Source of the DNA: Cycas panzhihuaensis
Lineage: Eukaryota; Plantae; Cycadophyta
Length of the DNA stretch: 64,000 nt
Direction of reading: 5' to 3'
Assembly: GCA_023213395.1 (NCBI GenBank)
Contig: CM041465.1
Coordinates: 161,145,741-161,209,740, forward strand
Part shown: piece after piece, positions 47,219 through 62,090 of the stretch
How the letters are laid out: each line of letters begins with the position of its first letter
Position numbering within the stretch: position 1 is the stretch's first letter
The notes under the pieces: model-generated
Told to the model about the DNA's origin: nothing
Seen by the model: only the letters and a program-made list of their open reading frames with translations
The model's database searches: none
Translations under genes and position numbers: made by a program

Positions 47219-49832
47219 TCTTATGGGATGTGTTTCCCGGCTTCCGGGAATGGATACGGAATCACTGACTCAGGTAAGTGCAGGTATGTCTCTCGCATTA
47301 TCATCGCTTTCTTTTACTGGATGTTTGCTTGCGTATCTGCATGTGTATGACTTTGTGGGCGACCTTGTAGTCGTCCACACTCATTTTAGCCTATGACGAC
47401 TATAGCAGGGGCACACTCCCAGCGAGGGTGGCACCCTGGTGACCGTATTACTTCCCGCATCTGCCCTCCTCGCTCCTGGATCCACTAGGTTTGTGCCACC
47501 TCCACCCGTGTGATGACTCATCATCGTTTGGTCAACTTGCCACCCCACTCGAGCCCTATTTTTGCTCCTTTGGACCCGTTTTGTTGGCTTGTTTGCTCCC
47601 GGGTAGGTGTTCTAGCTTTCTATTAGTCTTTTCTGTCATCTGCCCCCAACCTGGACTGGTTGGTGGGCCCCATTTTCAGCTTTAGGTGTGTACCGCTGGA
47701 TTTTTCGCGGTACCACTGGAATATCTGTGATCTGCGAAATTCCGTGATCTAATTGTCTCAGGTTATTTTTAAAAATCTGCTATGGCAATTTAGCATTTAT
47801 TGCGAAACTGCCACGTGGCTCGCACTTTATTTCTCTTCCAGCTACACCCTAATCGCACGCTTTAGGCTTTTGCTTGAGTACTTAAGCCCTTTTTGGCTCA
47901 TTTTCAAGGATCTTTTAGCTCACTTTTGGAATTGCTCTCAAGGAAACACTCTCCTGCTCTGCTCTTCTCTGCTGTTTGCTACTGCAACTGGACCTGCACC
48001 CTTCATACAGTGCCTAGCTCTCCTTTGGCGTGGCTAAGACATTCTCCCAGCCCCTCAAACGCCTTGGAGAGGGCTCCTTTGAAGTGGTTTCCAGCTGATC
48101 TTCACCCAGGCAGTCCATAAGCGCCTCAAGTGCAGGTGTTTCCCGTCACATCTCTGTAGCAGGGCCTCAAACCTGCTCTACTTCAGATCTGGGCTGTTTT
48201 ATCAGCCCCTCTCCGCTGCCCTTTGGCTGAGGCAGATCCCTTGCCTCTCCCCTTTCAGGTATTCCTTGTTTTATATTTGTTTTCTTGTGATATTTATGCT
48301 TAAGCTTGTTTGCTCTTACTTGTTGCATGAGAGTTGGTTTTCCTCCCTTTTGGGGACTGTTATACCACTCTCCCTGTGCTTCTTGCCTGCGTTTGTTGTC
48401 CAAGGCAGCGGCGTTGAGGGGTTGCATAGGTTTTGGAGAGGAGCTGGGTGGATTCCATACCACCTTCCACGCTCCCTAGGCGGCTCTAAGCCCCCCAAAA
48501 CCTCCCTCTCGCCCCATGCTGCCCTTGGCTTGCAAACAAGGGTTTGAAGGCTCCCTTTGGTTGCCCAAACCAGCACTGTCACAAGTTGTAGCGCTGATTT
48601 GGACCCTTTTGCTCAGGTTTGGGCATCACTCATAAGTCCCAACCGCTGGTTTCTTGCTCCATCTTTCTTCCCTGGGTCACCCGGTTTGCTCCTCATAGCA
48701 TCCCGGTTCACCGTGGGTACCCTTGGGCCTCTCTTTGCCCCTTTTGCTGCCATTTTCCAGCCCTTGCTCTTGACTTTCTCCTCGCTACCTCGTGGCTCTT
48801 GGGGGGAGGTTTGGGCATCATTTGCAGGAGGTAGGCCACTCTCAGGCTTACCCAATCATTTACTTTCACTTTGGTCACTTTCTTTCGGTACTTTCATTGT
48901 TGGATTAGCACTAACGCATGTATATTCAGATTCTCGTTTATGTTATTTAGGCATATATTGTTAGAGTTTTTTGTGTTGCATGTTAGTGCTCTTCCTTCGG
49001 GAAGAGAAGGAGACCGCTATTACTTGCAGGTACTTGGGAAGCGTGGAGTGCATCGCATGTGGGCCTAGCTACCGGTAAGCACCTTCGTATGCGTTATGTT
49101 TTCATGCTACTTCATTTACTAGTTGGTGCTTCCTTTCTTTCTTGGCATTGCATTTGATTTTCTGGGGAAGGTAAGGGAGCCCCCCTCTTCGTCCGCCGCA
49201 ATATCTCGTGATCCCAGACGCTGCGCGTGAGCGGTTGGGTGCTCCTCGGGAAGGCTACTGCCGTCTCACGCCTTGGTCCGGTGCACGTTTCGTTCCCCTC
49301 CGCTACCCTTTCTTTTCCTTTTATTTCTCTTGTAGTAATTAGTACATTGAAGGATAAAAGGGGAAAATTGGTTTGGTACTTGTTTGCGATTCGTTTGTCT
49401 TGTTTCATGCATCTTTATCATTCGTAGGAAAGATTGTAGGAGTCCTCCTCTCCCCTACCTTTCCTCCTCTCTCCTTGACCACACGAGTGCCTTGCTTCCC
49501 GCATCACTCGTGTACCCGGTTAGGTTGTGTAGGCTTGCTCTTGGCCTGTCTCCATTAGGTCTTCTCTTCCCCCCTTCTGGCCACCCAAGGGTGGGAGGGT
49601 CCTATTCCCAGGTCAACCCAGGTTTGCCTTACGCACCTTCACCCCTTATTTGAAGTGGTGAAGGGTCACCCGATAGTAGCCATACTCCATTGCAGATCCC
49701 GAACTCGCTCCAAATAAGACGGGCTGCTCTGCGTGGTAGTTACCCATCTTTTAGGTCCCACCTTCTATCATTCCACCACTCACTCTCCCTTATGCCTATC
49801 AGTTAGGTAGTTATCTCGTAGCAGTGCGTCCA
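47219..49832 (+). mobile_element. Solo LTR of a Tat-like family related to 5849-8613
   Basis: GC/CpG-rich island; both termini and the internal G-box match the 5' LTR of the first element; no PBS follows; no clear TSD. Confidence 0.75.
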
Positions 49833-49849
49833 GGATGTAACTTTTGCTC

Positions 49850-52800
49850 TAAGGTATTTTTTAAGGTAAGAAACATGGAAGATATTATAGATATTTTTGG
49901 TTAAGAGGAGATAAGGGTGTAGGTGACATCACCAATTTTATAAAGGACTTTATAAGGGTCATAATATTGTGGACCAAGTTTATGACCTTGATGAGACTTG
50001 AGAGACTATTGCATACAAGGTTGGAGGTAGAGGAAATACTATATCTTTAATGTTAAAGGACCAATTAAACTAGTGGAAGTTGGCTAATTATTTCATGAAG
50101 TTTTAGGCAGAGGCCAAATTCTATCAAAGGGTATGGGGATTTAGTCCATCTCTTGAAGATTTTATTATACTAAGGCTATTTAAAAATTTATGGCTATGGT
50201 ATGGTAGGAAGGGGGTTGGTAGTTATATAAGGCCAAGAATAGGGACATATTGATGGTTTAATGGTGAGAGGAGTTATACTAGTAATCTGCTAAGAAAAGC
50301 TAACAAGTCCACTTATCTTGGTGGTTTAAGGCAAAACAACATAGATAGGTTTCTAGGGTTTTGTTTAGGACCTCAAATTAGCGATTGTTTTACGAGTGGT
50401 ATGGAAAACTCATATTAAATGAGGTTTTGATAGTCATAAAAAATTCTTACCAAAATAAGCTGGTAAACTTAGGGTCTTGATCGTAAATATTGGTTAAGGG
50501 AAAACTATACAAGTGAAATATAAATTGTACATATAAGTCAATAAGATAAGAGGGTATATATAAGGCAAGAGGACATATATGAGGTATGAATTGGGAGGAA
50601 GTGTGAATATTTTGTTAATCAATCAATGAACATGTAAATAGAATCAAACTTGGTAGATAGAGGTAAACCTATTATAAAGTTCATGGTAATATTGTACCAC
50701 TTACCTTATGGAATATTTAGTGGTTGGAGAAGTTCGAGAAGGGATTTAGTATTGACTTTGTTTTGCTAACGTGTCACACTCTAATATAAAAGTGAATATA
50801 ACAGTCTTCATACGGGGTCAATCAAAATTGATATGGATGCATTGGCAAGTCTCATTACAACTTGAGTGGCCACTAAAGGGAGAAGAGTGATATTTTATTA
50901 AGTTTCTAGGAATGAATGAGGGGGATAGATATACAAAGATGTGATTCTAAAAGAGTAGATGGTTGTTAAAGGTTAACCAACCTTTATGGGTAAAATCTTT
51001 TTTATTCCAATTAGCATAGTTAAGTTGGGCTTAGTTTTTAGTTGGTAATTAATCGAGTCAAAGGGGGTGAGGCTTGGCTATAACATAGAGGCTAGGGTTA
51101 TAAGTACTAACATTAAGGTGTATACAGGAAAGGGCATCTACAATTGTATTGTCTTTACCCTTTCTATATGATATTATGAAGTCAAAGACCCATAAACAGT
51201 TAACACACTTAGCCTACTCTTTAAATAAGACTAGTTGATCTAATAGATTTTAGAGGCTATGATGATTTGTAAAAATAGTAAATTTAGAGCCCAAGAGTTA
51301 TTTTCACCATTTATCAACAACATAAAGAATAGCTTTCATCTCCTTCTAGTACATAGAGAGAAAAAGCTTACGATCTTTCCATTTTTAGCTCTTGAATGTA
51401 ATGGGGTGAGAGTCTTGTATCAAGACTGTACTTAGGCCAAATCTAAAGGTATCATATTTAAGTTAGAAAGGATGGATGAAATTAGGAGTGGTGAGGATTG
51501 GGATAGAGGTCATTACGACCTTGAGATAAGATAAAGCCATGTCAGCTTCTCGGGACCATTGGAAAGCATCTTTATGAAGGAGATTAGTTAAGGGAATAGT
51601 GAGGGAGGCATAGTTATACATAATATATCAGTAGAATCATGTGAGGCTAAGGAATACACGTAGTTGGGTAAGGGTGGTGGGTGTTAGGCAAGTCATGATG
51701 ATAGATATTTTTTTGGTATCCACATGTATCCCTTCTGATGATATGATATACACTAAGTATTTGAGTTTGGATTACCTAAACTTACACTTAGATAGTTTTG
51801 CATAGAATTGGTGATTTTGTAATATTTAAAGAATAATTTCTAGCTGTTAGATGTGGTGGTCTAGATAGACACTATAAATGAGGATATTATCAAAGAAGAC
51901 TATGACAAAATTTTAGATATATGGGCAAAACATTTTATTCACGAGAGTCTAGAAAGTTGGTGGGCCATTATAAAGGCCCAATGGCATTATACAAAACTCA
52001 AAATAGCTATGATATATCTAAAATGCTATCTTATAGTAATCTCCTAAGGTAATTGGAATCTGGTAGTAATCAAATTGAAGGTCTAACTTAGAAAAAATAG
52101 TCATGACATGGATTTCATCCAGTATGTCATCTATGCTAGGGGTGGAAAACTTATTTTTTATGGTAATTTTATTGAGTTCCCTATAATCAACATAAAGGTG
52201 GATGGAACCATCCTTCTTCCTAACCAAGATGGTTAGAATGAAATGGGCTAATGTCACAAGGTCATCACAATAGTTGATTATTTCTAAAAATGGTCTTAAG
52301 TAAACTTTAAATTATATCACTTAAGTGAAATACACTTTCATGTATATTATGTATAATTTTATTTCACCTAACTCTAATGCTTACTCTCTCAATATAAAAG
52401 AAAAAGCTCAATGGAGGAGGTTCATTCTTGCCTCCCTATTTTGTAAGAGCTACTCTCTTTCTCTCAAGTCTCTCTTGCTCCCATGTTTGCCTTTGTGTTT
52501 AGTGTATAGAGATGAAGGATAGATCTACTCATTTCATGTGGTATGAGAGCTTGCTTCCTTCATATTCCTCACTTATACTTGCAATAGGGCCATCACTTCC
52601 TTCTATCCCATAATCCATATGGTGAAGGAGATTGTGAAAGTAGATTTAAAAATATTTTCAAGTTTTTATGATAGCATATTTAGTATTGTTTACTTTCCCT
52701 TTCTCTTTTGTAGGTTTAGAAACATAATACAAGGAGTTGTAAGGCCCTAGGATTCCAATCCTTTGGTAGCTATTTATGCTATCTCATTCTTCTTTTCTTT

Positions 52801-55800
52801 CCCCTTTTTTTTCCAATTAACAAGGGGAAATGCTATCGAAATATTTCTAGCTTTTAGAAGACTAATTGTAAGGGGAGGTTCTACATGTTTTTTTTTAAGA
52901 ATTTAGAGCTATTTAAAATATCCATTATTGTATTCTCTTACCTTGCCCATAATGGGATCCTCATGATAAAAAAATAATAGAAATTTCAAATGGTATCATG
53001 TGTTGATGAGATATTAGCAAGCTAAATTTTTTGTAGAAATAAAATCTACTTTCTAAACTTCACAGGCTTACAAAATCTTCTATATAGCTCTAATTAACCT
53101 AATTCTAATTGCTAGATATGAGGTTTTGATTCTAATTTCCATCAAAAAAATTGGCACCCAATTTTGTTGCCATATGAGAAAGTTATTGCTATTTTAGTGA
53201 ATACTAGTTATTTTTAGTAAGAATTTTAGAAAAATATATTCTACTAACTTTGTGGGACTGCCAAAAAATTTTCAGAACTCATTTGGACATGATTCTACTT
53301 CCTAAATATGAAGCTCTAAGTCTACTTTGTACAACAAAAATTGGTACTCAATTTTATTATCGTGCGAGAAAGTTATTATTGTTTTAATAAATACTTTTTC
53401 TTTTGTATTAAAAAAAAGTAAAGAAATTTTCTTCCTTCTTTTTATAAAGCTTAAAAGCCCATTGTAAAAGTGAATAAAAAACACTTGTATCAGAGTAATA
53501 TATGGTGTCCTCACTCACTTATCAACATTACATTTCAGTACTCTAAAATCACTTCAAACAATCAATCTAAAGACACTCTAAGCAAGCATTCTATTTTTAG
53601 TTATATGTATGTTTAATGCAAATTCGATAATCTTTTCACTCTCTCTAAGAGGAATGTATCACATACATTATTTTCTATCATCTTGTACCTATTCACATAC
53701 TTTCCAAGGTTGAGAGACCTTAGTTGGGAGAATGTCATGCCATAAAGGAGGTGTGGGTTTCAAGTTAGGATTATATTGAACGAGAATATTAGTGAGGTTT
53801 GGTTAGCCATACCATCATGCCTCAATCAGGGATCATCTTGATAACCAACTAGGAAAACTAAAACTTTAATACAAGATTAAAATATACTCAATCCAATATC
53901 TATCAATGCCATGGGCATGCATGTACCACTATTTAGAGGAGGTATACAGCTACTCATTGGTGAATTGGGTGAGGATTGGGAGTACTTGGGCTCCATTATG
54001 ACTTAGATTTCATCACCAAGTACAATTGTGGGTATCATAGATGAAGGCCAACTTAATTCTCCTAGAAGCCTAGGCATCCCTTCAATAGCTTCAACTACAT
54101 GTTGGATATAAGTTACAGGTTATTAGGCTGATTACACACCCTATATTTTAGTTTCAAGTTGTGTATACCTAATGATGTCAACTTCCACATTGGCCTACAA
54201 TCTTGTATATTGATCATTTACTTATTTATAAAAAGTAATCCATAGTATAATCATAATCATAGTGCTTCTCATATTCCTACTGCATCAAGTTAATATTTGC
54301 CATAAGTATTAGTGGCTAATTTTCATCATAGTACTTCTCATACTCCTGTTAAATTAGGTTAACTAAAAGTCTTTTAATTGGGGGCAATATTACCATATAA
54401 ATCCTAGATGAATGATGAATGTTCAATAAGGTATAAACTTGGACTCAACTACTTTGGCCATTAATATGGCTTCTCTTAAGTTGGGTAGTTGTGATATTTT
54501 TAGGTGTATTTAGATGTGCTCCCTGAGTTTAGCAATATATATTTCTATAATTATGTAGTGATTGAGGGATTGGTTGACTCTATTTTGAAAATCCTAAGAC
54601 TCATCAGTATAAGCTTCTATGGATGTTTATTACTTAAGCTACGTGAGTTAGTTGAAGAAGGATTGATTCCAAGTCTTCTCATATTATTTAAAGAAACTCC
54701 TATAAAATTGATCAAATATTTGGTTAGTTAGGTATCCAATTTTCCACCACAAAACCAATGATATATCTTTCCCTCTATGAGTATGGATGTAAAAATCAAT
54801 AGATCATCTTGAGATATGGGATTAAGAGTAAAGTAAGAATCTAACTTACTTATCCAACTATGGGGGGAGTCTTTGTTGAGGTCTAGATTAAAGATTGGTA
54901 TGTTGATCTTATGATTAAATGATTATTATTGGGGTGGCCAAGGATGAGGAGTTTGTTGATAAGGTATAGGAGTGCCACCATATGAATTTATAGTAGAGTT
55001 AGATATGGAGGTGATGTTAGATAGTCAAGAATTTAGATTTGTCATTTCCTTTATCATCTTTACAAAGTCCATCTAGGTGACCGAGTTAGCCATATCTACT
55101 ATTATTTTTTCCATGTCATCTTTGTAGGTATCTCGTATACTAATGAGTTGTGTTTCTAATGTAGAAATATAATTTATTTGTATTGGTTCCATCATGCATA
55201 TAAATATATATTGCTAAAGGAGAAAGGATTTTAATGAGAGGGATTAGGAAGATAGAATAGGATAAACAAGTTAGAGAATAGATGGCATTAGAGAATACAG
55301 AGTACTATAAAGGAGAACGGAAAGTAAGGTGTTAATAGTTTATTGGTCCCCAAAAATATATAATAAATTTACTTAGTATATTGGGATGAGCATAAAAAGC
55401 TTATCAAAATAAGATAGGTGAGTTTTAGATGAAGACATTTTAGGTTGTGAGGCTCACGGGGTACCTATATGCTATTTTACCCCAAAAATATTGATTAAAA
55501 CTAACTTAGCACAAAACGATTAGCATGATCTACTAATCAAATAAGATATATAAATAGTCATAGTCACTTTAAAGTTATGGACTCTTAATTTTTATATTGA
55601 GTCTACTAGGGTGAGTTTCGCCCAAAACAAAGAAGTATTTTTAGATGTGACTATGTGAAGGCTCTTATGTTTTTATTTTTTTTGGACTTTGGACTCTATA
55701 ATCTAAACTAAAAGTTTGGATAGGAAGAATGACTAAAGGTTTGGTTAGAGGAAGCCTATAAATTCTTTAGTATTATTATTACATTGTAATGTAGGTGAAT

Positions 55801-57000
55801 TCCTTAGTATTAGTATTTTGCTACAATATAATAGTAAGCTATTATATCACTAATTTAAGAGAATTTATTAAGGTATATTCATTTTATCCTAATAATTTTG
55901 GTACTATAACAATATTGTGGAAGTACAATAGTCTCAATAATTTTATATACTTGGCTTTTTATCAAATTTTAGCACAAGTTTAACTAGTTTATAAGCCCTT
56001 TGATAAACTTCTCTATCAATACTAATGCTTAACCTAATATCTTAAGGAATTAAATATAGAGGAATGTTTATTCTTATAGTTGTGAGGGGCATGTAGAGAT
56101 GTTCAATAAGGGTAGCTATGTAGCACTAATCACTAACTAATACACCATAGATAATAGGTGGTCAATAGTTTGTCTATACTAGGTAAGGAAAGGGAACTTA
56201 AAATGGTTTTTTGATATACTCAAAAGTACATAAATGCTTACTTCCATAGTTAAGTACTATCTAGGCCTGTGTATATAGTATGATCTGCTTTGATTTATAC
56301 ATGATGTATAACCATATACACTTGGCTAAGAATGATAGTTTCTTATGACATTTATAGACCCCCAACACAAGGTCCTACCTAACCTCTAAGGGAAATGGTA
56401 GGAGGGTTTTTTGCCTACTTATAGCTAATTATAGGACTTATAAAATTATTAAAAAATAGAAAGTATAAATGGATGCATAAGAGGGTTTGAAGGATTTCAC
56501 CATGGGAAAAAAAAAATCAATTTTATACTTTTCTTAATAACATGCTTCTTCTTAATTATGCCTTGTTTCTTCAAATGGATTCATGAACACAACTCTGATA
56601 CCACTTGGAATGGTTCTAACTAGTAATCTATACCAATATTTAACAAGAGGGCATAATGAGAGATAAAATATGTAGTATAAAGACTTGAATTATTACTAAA
56701 GCACTGATGTTTATATAAATGGGACACTTGCATGTATATTAAAAGGGAAACAAAAGTTGTACAAAGGTATAATATCATAATAATATCTAGACATAAACTT
56801 TTCTTTACAAACATCTAGCCTTAAATAAGAAAAAGTAGTCAGTTCTATGGAATCCTATTGATGGGGTAATCAACCTTTATTCTATTGGTTAACCTATGAA
56901 ACATATACCTACATATTAATAGTCAACATTAACCTTCACCTATCTTAGTCATATATATAAATATTCATATTTTGATAACTACAAGTGGTTGTGTAATGAT
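49850..57000 (-). mobile_element. Chromovirus-type gypsy remnant: LTR from 56606, PBS(iMet) 56592-56603, gag about 54300-55200, PR about 53890, RT/RH 51200-52250, integrase 49860-50800
   Basis: PBS TGGTATCAGAGT; gag DSPHSWISKLDSYF; PR ALIDIG; RT LVRKKDGSIHLYVDYRELNKITIKNKF...FSKLDL, VFFDNILIYS. That all parts belong to one element is inferred. Confidence 0.75.
52252..53737 (+). mobile_element. Small non-coding LTR element inserted at the RT start: LTR 52252-52536, PBS 52539-52550, PPT about 53722-53732, 3' LTR lost
   Basis: TGTCAC...TTCA then TG-TGGTATGAGAGC; TATA-like TATAAAA near 52393; PPT AGTTGGGAGAA followed by TGTCA. Confidence 0.6.
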
Positions 57001-57019
57001 ATCTAAAAGAAATAATGCA

Positions 57020-58050
57020 CCTCTTTGGGGTATTACCTCCTCTTTTAAAGCCTTTACTCCTTTGTTCTTTTTCGAAACCTCTACCTCTTAGTTAGTTGTA
57101 AAATCCCCTATGCTCTTATCTCCCTATAGTTACACCTTACTTATATCATCCTTCCTTTCCATCTAATTAGATGATGCTTTACAAAAGTAGTTAAATCTAC
57201 CTCTACCTATAAATGGGATTGATGGACCCTTTCTTACCATAGATGGCTTTTTATCAATGTTATTATTGTATTTTTTTACTAGCTTTAACGTAAATTCGTA
57301 ATCATCTTCAAAATTATTAATTCTAAGAATGTTAAGTTCATCTTTGATGGAAAATTTTAAGTTATTTATATAATCAATATCAATTTTCTCTTACATTTCT
57401 TTATGCTCTACCTCAATTGATATCTTATAAAATTTATCGATGTAATCTTAAACATTGATCTCACTTTACCTCAAATTTTAAATTTTTTTTAAATATTACT
57501 TAAGATTAGTCCATTAGAAGAAATTTTTTCTTGAGTTTCTTTACCATCTTACTCAAAGTTCTAAACTTATTATTTTCTTTTCTCACCCTCTCCTTCTATA
57601 TATGATCCCACCATATAATTGTATGACATATCATCTTGGTGCATGCAAGCTTTACTTTTTTTCTCTCTATTATTTCTTTCAATTTAAAAAATTTCTCTAT
57701 ATCATTTAACTAATTGACCAAATCTTCAAGATTTAAGCCACCTCCATACTCTGGGATATCAATATTTACTCCATCATTATTTTCTTCTAATGCTCTAAAT
57801 ATTCTTTTCTCAAAGGATGGTGGTTCTTGGGGTCCCTCTTCTCCAAGCTCTACTCTAGTTTATGGTTTTATTTTTATATCACTATTATGTCTTCTTCAAC
57901 CTTATTCATTTCTTAAGCAGGTCTCTTATTTCCTCATCACCACCTTAGTAATATCTCTTACCTCCCTTTATAGCTTTTGCGTTACCTATCTATCCATCTT
58001 ATCCCTTAAGTTATTTAATTTCTTCCCATAAACACCTTCAATCTACCTCA
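57020..58050 (-). pseudogene. CRM-like chromovirus gag remnant
   Basis: VNIDIPEYGGGLNLEDLVN.LNDIEKFF...KVKLACTKM...IWWDHI...DYIDKFYK. Confidence 0.7.
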
Positions 58051-58779
58051 AATAATTATTAAGCAGATTTAAAAAGAAATCATAAAACTTACTATTAGTT
58101 TATTATAAATTTTTTCCTCTTCTCCTTAAGTTGAACCATGGTCTACTACTAGATGATGAGGTCATGATCCTCTTAATAATATATATACATATAAATAAAC
58201 AAAGTAGTTTAGAGTAAAAATAGAACCAAACATCTTAAGAACCTTTTTTCTTTAAAGATTTTTATCTTCTATTCCAAAAAATTAGAAAACTAATTTTTTT
58301 TATAATCTAAAAGTATATAAATTCAGGGCCTTTATCCATGCAAAAAATTAGGTAATTAATTTAGAGTGAAAAAGTCCTCAAGTTAAAAACTATCCATTTT
58401 AGTAAAATCTTGACTATTTTTATTTTTAATAAGTTTCTTTTTTATAGCTCTCGAATTCACTTAAAAATTAATCCATATGTATATATGTATATCATGGTCC
58501 CCACAAAAATATAAATAATATAAAATTAGTCTTCTAAGTATGAAAAAAGTAGCCACAAAGTGTTACAAAAGTAATAGATAATCCTAAAATATAACTTTAG
58601 GCCCCAGATAGTCTTGTTTAGGCTTTAAATTATTGAAAATGATGTTAGAACTAATACAGTAGGCTATGATAAAGATCACTTTTTGAAGATTTAACTCCAA
58701 AAATTTGGACCAAAATAGACATTTAAATCAAAAGTTATAATTCCAATAAGTTGACTCTCTGAATTTAGAACTTTTAAAT

Positions 58780-60710
58780 GCTCTTATAATGCAAAGATCG
58801 ATAAATCTTTGATAAAATTATTATGGATTAGGAAGTTATTGATTCCATTATCCATTTTAAAACTAAATAAATGATTATTAAACTTGAATTTGCTAATGGA
58901 TATGATGTATTACATAAATTCAATGATAAGGTGAGAAAATACATAGATGCGTTCATCAATTCTAGCTCATTTGCTATTATTATAAATAGAGGTCTTATTA
59001 GTTTATTTAGACCATTTAGGGGTATAAGGTAGAGTGTTCCTTATACCCTATTTTATGCATCTTAGTTATTAAAGCCATGAGTAAGGATTTATTAAAAGCT
59101 AAAGATAAAGGAATACTAAAGGATGCAATAATATCCACTTAATGTAATCAAACAATATATTTATAATTCATTAATGATGTGATGATAATGGTAGAATCTT
59201 TAGTGATTGAGGCTATAAATACAAAATATATCATGGACTCCTTTCATATGGCTAGTAGATCTCTTATTAATATTGAGAAATCTATGGTGGTTATATATAT
59301 AATAGATCTATGACTATGACAACTAGAATTTTTAGTTTTAAATATGGGGATACCAAAAAGTTCTTCATAAATTTAAGAGCTTGTATTGTTCCTAAAAAGC
59401 ATTCCACAAAGGAATGGATAATTGGGTTTAGTAAAATTTAGGAAAATCTAACATTTTGACATACATATAACTAAGTCTAGTTGGTAGAATTACCCTGATC
59501 AAAGTCATATTGATAGTAATTCTACTTCACTTGATGTTGATCATAATTATCCTAAGTAATATTATAGTATATTTAAGGCAAGATATAAAATCTTTTCTCT
59601 AAAAAGAGATTAAATAACCTAAACACAAAAAATTCCAACATAGAGCTTGGTACAAGATTTATATTCCAAAGGAATTTGGCGGATTGGGGATTTGCAAATT
59701 GCCTTTACTTCCTAAGGTTCTTTGGGCTAAATTAGTTTAGCAATTTATTATAGAACCTATGAGCTTTTGGAGTCAAATGATCATAGATAAATTCTTGGAA
59801 GGCATAGGTAAGATTTTGAGTTTTTCTATTAAAAACTATTCCTAAATGATGTCTAATGGTTTGGTTGAACTTATGCTAAGTTTTTGATCTTGTGATGTCT
59901 AAGTGTTCTTGGTTAATTAATAATGGTCTAACTGCAAATATTTGGATTGATTCCTTAAACTCTAGAACTCCAATAAGTAACAACAATGATCTTAAGGATC
60001 TTATACAATGGTTTTCTCTAAGTAATATCAAGAAAGTAAGGAACTTTCTCAAAGCTCATATTGTGAACCTCTAAGTAGGTTAAATCATAATTTGGACTCC
60101 TAAAGTTGTTGACAAGTGGGAAAGTATGCCTAATGAACTAAGAACTAGTATAAGATATTATTATCTCTTTTGAAGGAGAGAAATATTATTTTGGATACTA
60201 AGGATAAAGTTATATGGAAAACTTCAATGGAATTGATGAATATATAGCCAATCTTGGATATAAAGCTTTGAACAATGGATCTTTATAGAAATTCATGTGT
60301 TAAATCTAATAGATGGTCAAAAGTTTAGCTTTTATAATTTTAAAGATCACAATCTTCTTTTAGCTATTGTAATATGGATTGCTATTAATAGCTAATAATT
60401 TAGCCAATAGAGCAATATTTGGACCCTCAAGGTGTGAGTTATATAAAATGGTAATAGTGGATATTATTTATCTTTTCTTATTATCTACTTACATTATTGA
60501 GATTTGGAAGAACTACCTTTCTTCTCTTAAAGTTGAAATGTATATGTTTTATGACATGATTGATAAGAATAATCTATTCATCAATTAGATTCAAAATATC
60601 CTCATTATTTTGTAAGTGAAAAGACTCAAATTAATTTAGAACTTTTTCCCTAGATATATCTACTAGGGAGTTTGGTTATCTAAGAATACTTTGGTGTTTA
60701 AAAATTAGAT
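58780..60710 (+). mobile_element. L1 LINE ORF2 remnant (RT C-half to zf-RVT)
   Basis: IIKLEFANGYD, FRPFRGIR, L.FINDV, INIEKS, LSLVGRITLIK, WYKIYIPKEFGGLGI, GPSRCELY. Confidence 0.85.
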
Positions 60711-60737
60711 ATTTACTTCTCCTATATAGTAGAAGAA

Positions 60738-62090
60738 TGGAATTCATTAAACCCCAATGGTTCTTTAACTTTAAGCATAAAAGATAAGAAATATAGCATC
60801 CAAACTTCAATTTTATTAATAATAGGATAGAACTTTGAGCGTAAATGAATACTAAGTGGATACCAATAAGGAGTATAGAAGTATAACTTCTCTAGGAAGA
60901 AAATAAGACCTAACAACCATTCTTTATAAAACTTGGCCTTAAATAAGCATATAAGGCCTCTTTGTAATAAATGTCATTGGCAAGAAAAATGGCCTAAAAT
61001 TCTATTGGTGGGCATAAATAACCTACGTACATAAATTAATAATTAACACTAACCCTTTGGTGACTAACATTCTAATTGCTAACTTAACCCACTCCACTTG
61101 TAGAGGGTGAATATATAATAGGTCCTCTCCTCTAAGATGTTGAGTCCTTGAAGCCAATAAGGAGATGCAAATGCTTCTTAATAAATTCTATTAACTCCCA
61201 TGTTACCTTATCTAGCTTACAGTTATCCCATTATACCAAATATTTGAAAATAGTCCTATTCCTCAAGTAATAGTGGTAATTGGGAAGAATGTAATTAGAG
61301 AGAATAGTGAGATATTGTTCTTCATCTAAAATTGATAAAATAGGTTTAGATACTATGTTTTTGCTAAGGTATTTCTTAAGGAAAAAAACATAAAAGACAT
61401 TGTATGGAGGAGAGTTCAAAGGTATAGGTGACTTCACCAATACATTGAAGGAATTTGTAATATCCATAGTAATGAGGGCTTAGATTTTGATTTTAGTAAT
61501 GTTTAAGGGATTATTATTTGTATGGTTGAAGGTGAAGGAGATGAAATCATCCATCTCAAAAGATCAATTCGAGTAGTGGCAGTTAGTAATTCTAAGCAAC
61601 TGTTAGATTTTATTTAAATGTATGAAATATCTAGTCCATATTCTAAAGCTTTTGTTGCATTGTTATATTTCTAGGATTGGTAGCCAAGGTGTGTTACAAT
61701 AGAGGAGGATATCCATAGAGGGCCATGAAGGGCGACATATAAATAACTAAGTGGTGGGATGAGTTATACTAATATTCAACAAGAGTTAGCCATGAGGTCT
61801 ACTTATGTTGATGTTCTAAAGTAAAACACCTTAGATAAGTTTCTATTATCTTATTTAAGACTTCTAGTTAACCATTCATTTATGAGTGGTAGGTAAATCT
61901 CATATTAAACAAAGTCCCAAAATCTTAAAAAAGATAGTTTTAGAATGTATTAGTAAAATTAGGGTCCTAAACACATACTATTATTAAAATGAAATCATAG
62001 AGGTGAAAATTGAATTGAATATAGATACGCATTAGGTAAGGGGATTTGTATAAGGTATGGACAACTATGAAGTGTGCATACTATTAAAAT
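60738..62090 (-). mobile_element. Chromovirus 3' remnant: integrase core pieces, chromodomain, PPT 61121-61134, 3' LTR 60738-61120
   Basis: YNVFYVFFLKKY...KYLV.WDNCKLDKVTWE (chromodomain YLVKW...TWE); 61700-62080 is homologous to 50200-50620. Confidence 0.8.

Noticed and set aside
47491-49653. Cluster of overlapping short ORFs as genes
   Set aside because: They lie on both strands of a GC-rich solo LTR with no recognisable domains, as expected by chance
5849-49832. The two Tat LTRs as ends of one element
   Set aside because: They are in opposite orientation and strongly diverged
23427-61120. A single 38-kb element bounded by the two direct-repeat LTRs
   Set aside because: PBS and PPT face outwards (PBS left of the left copy, PPT right of the right copy), so they are two insertions
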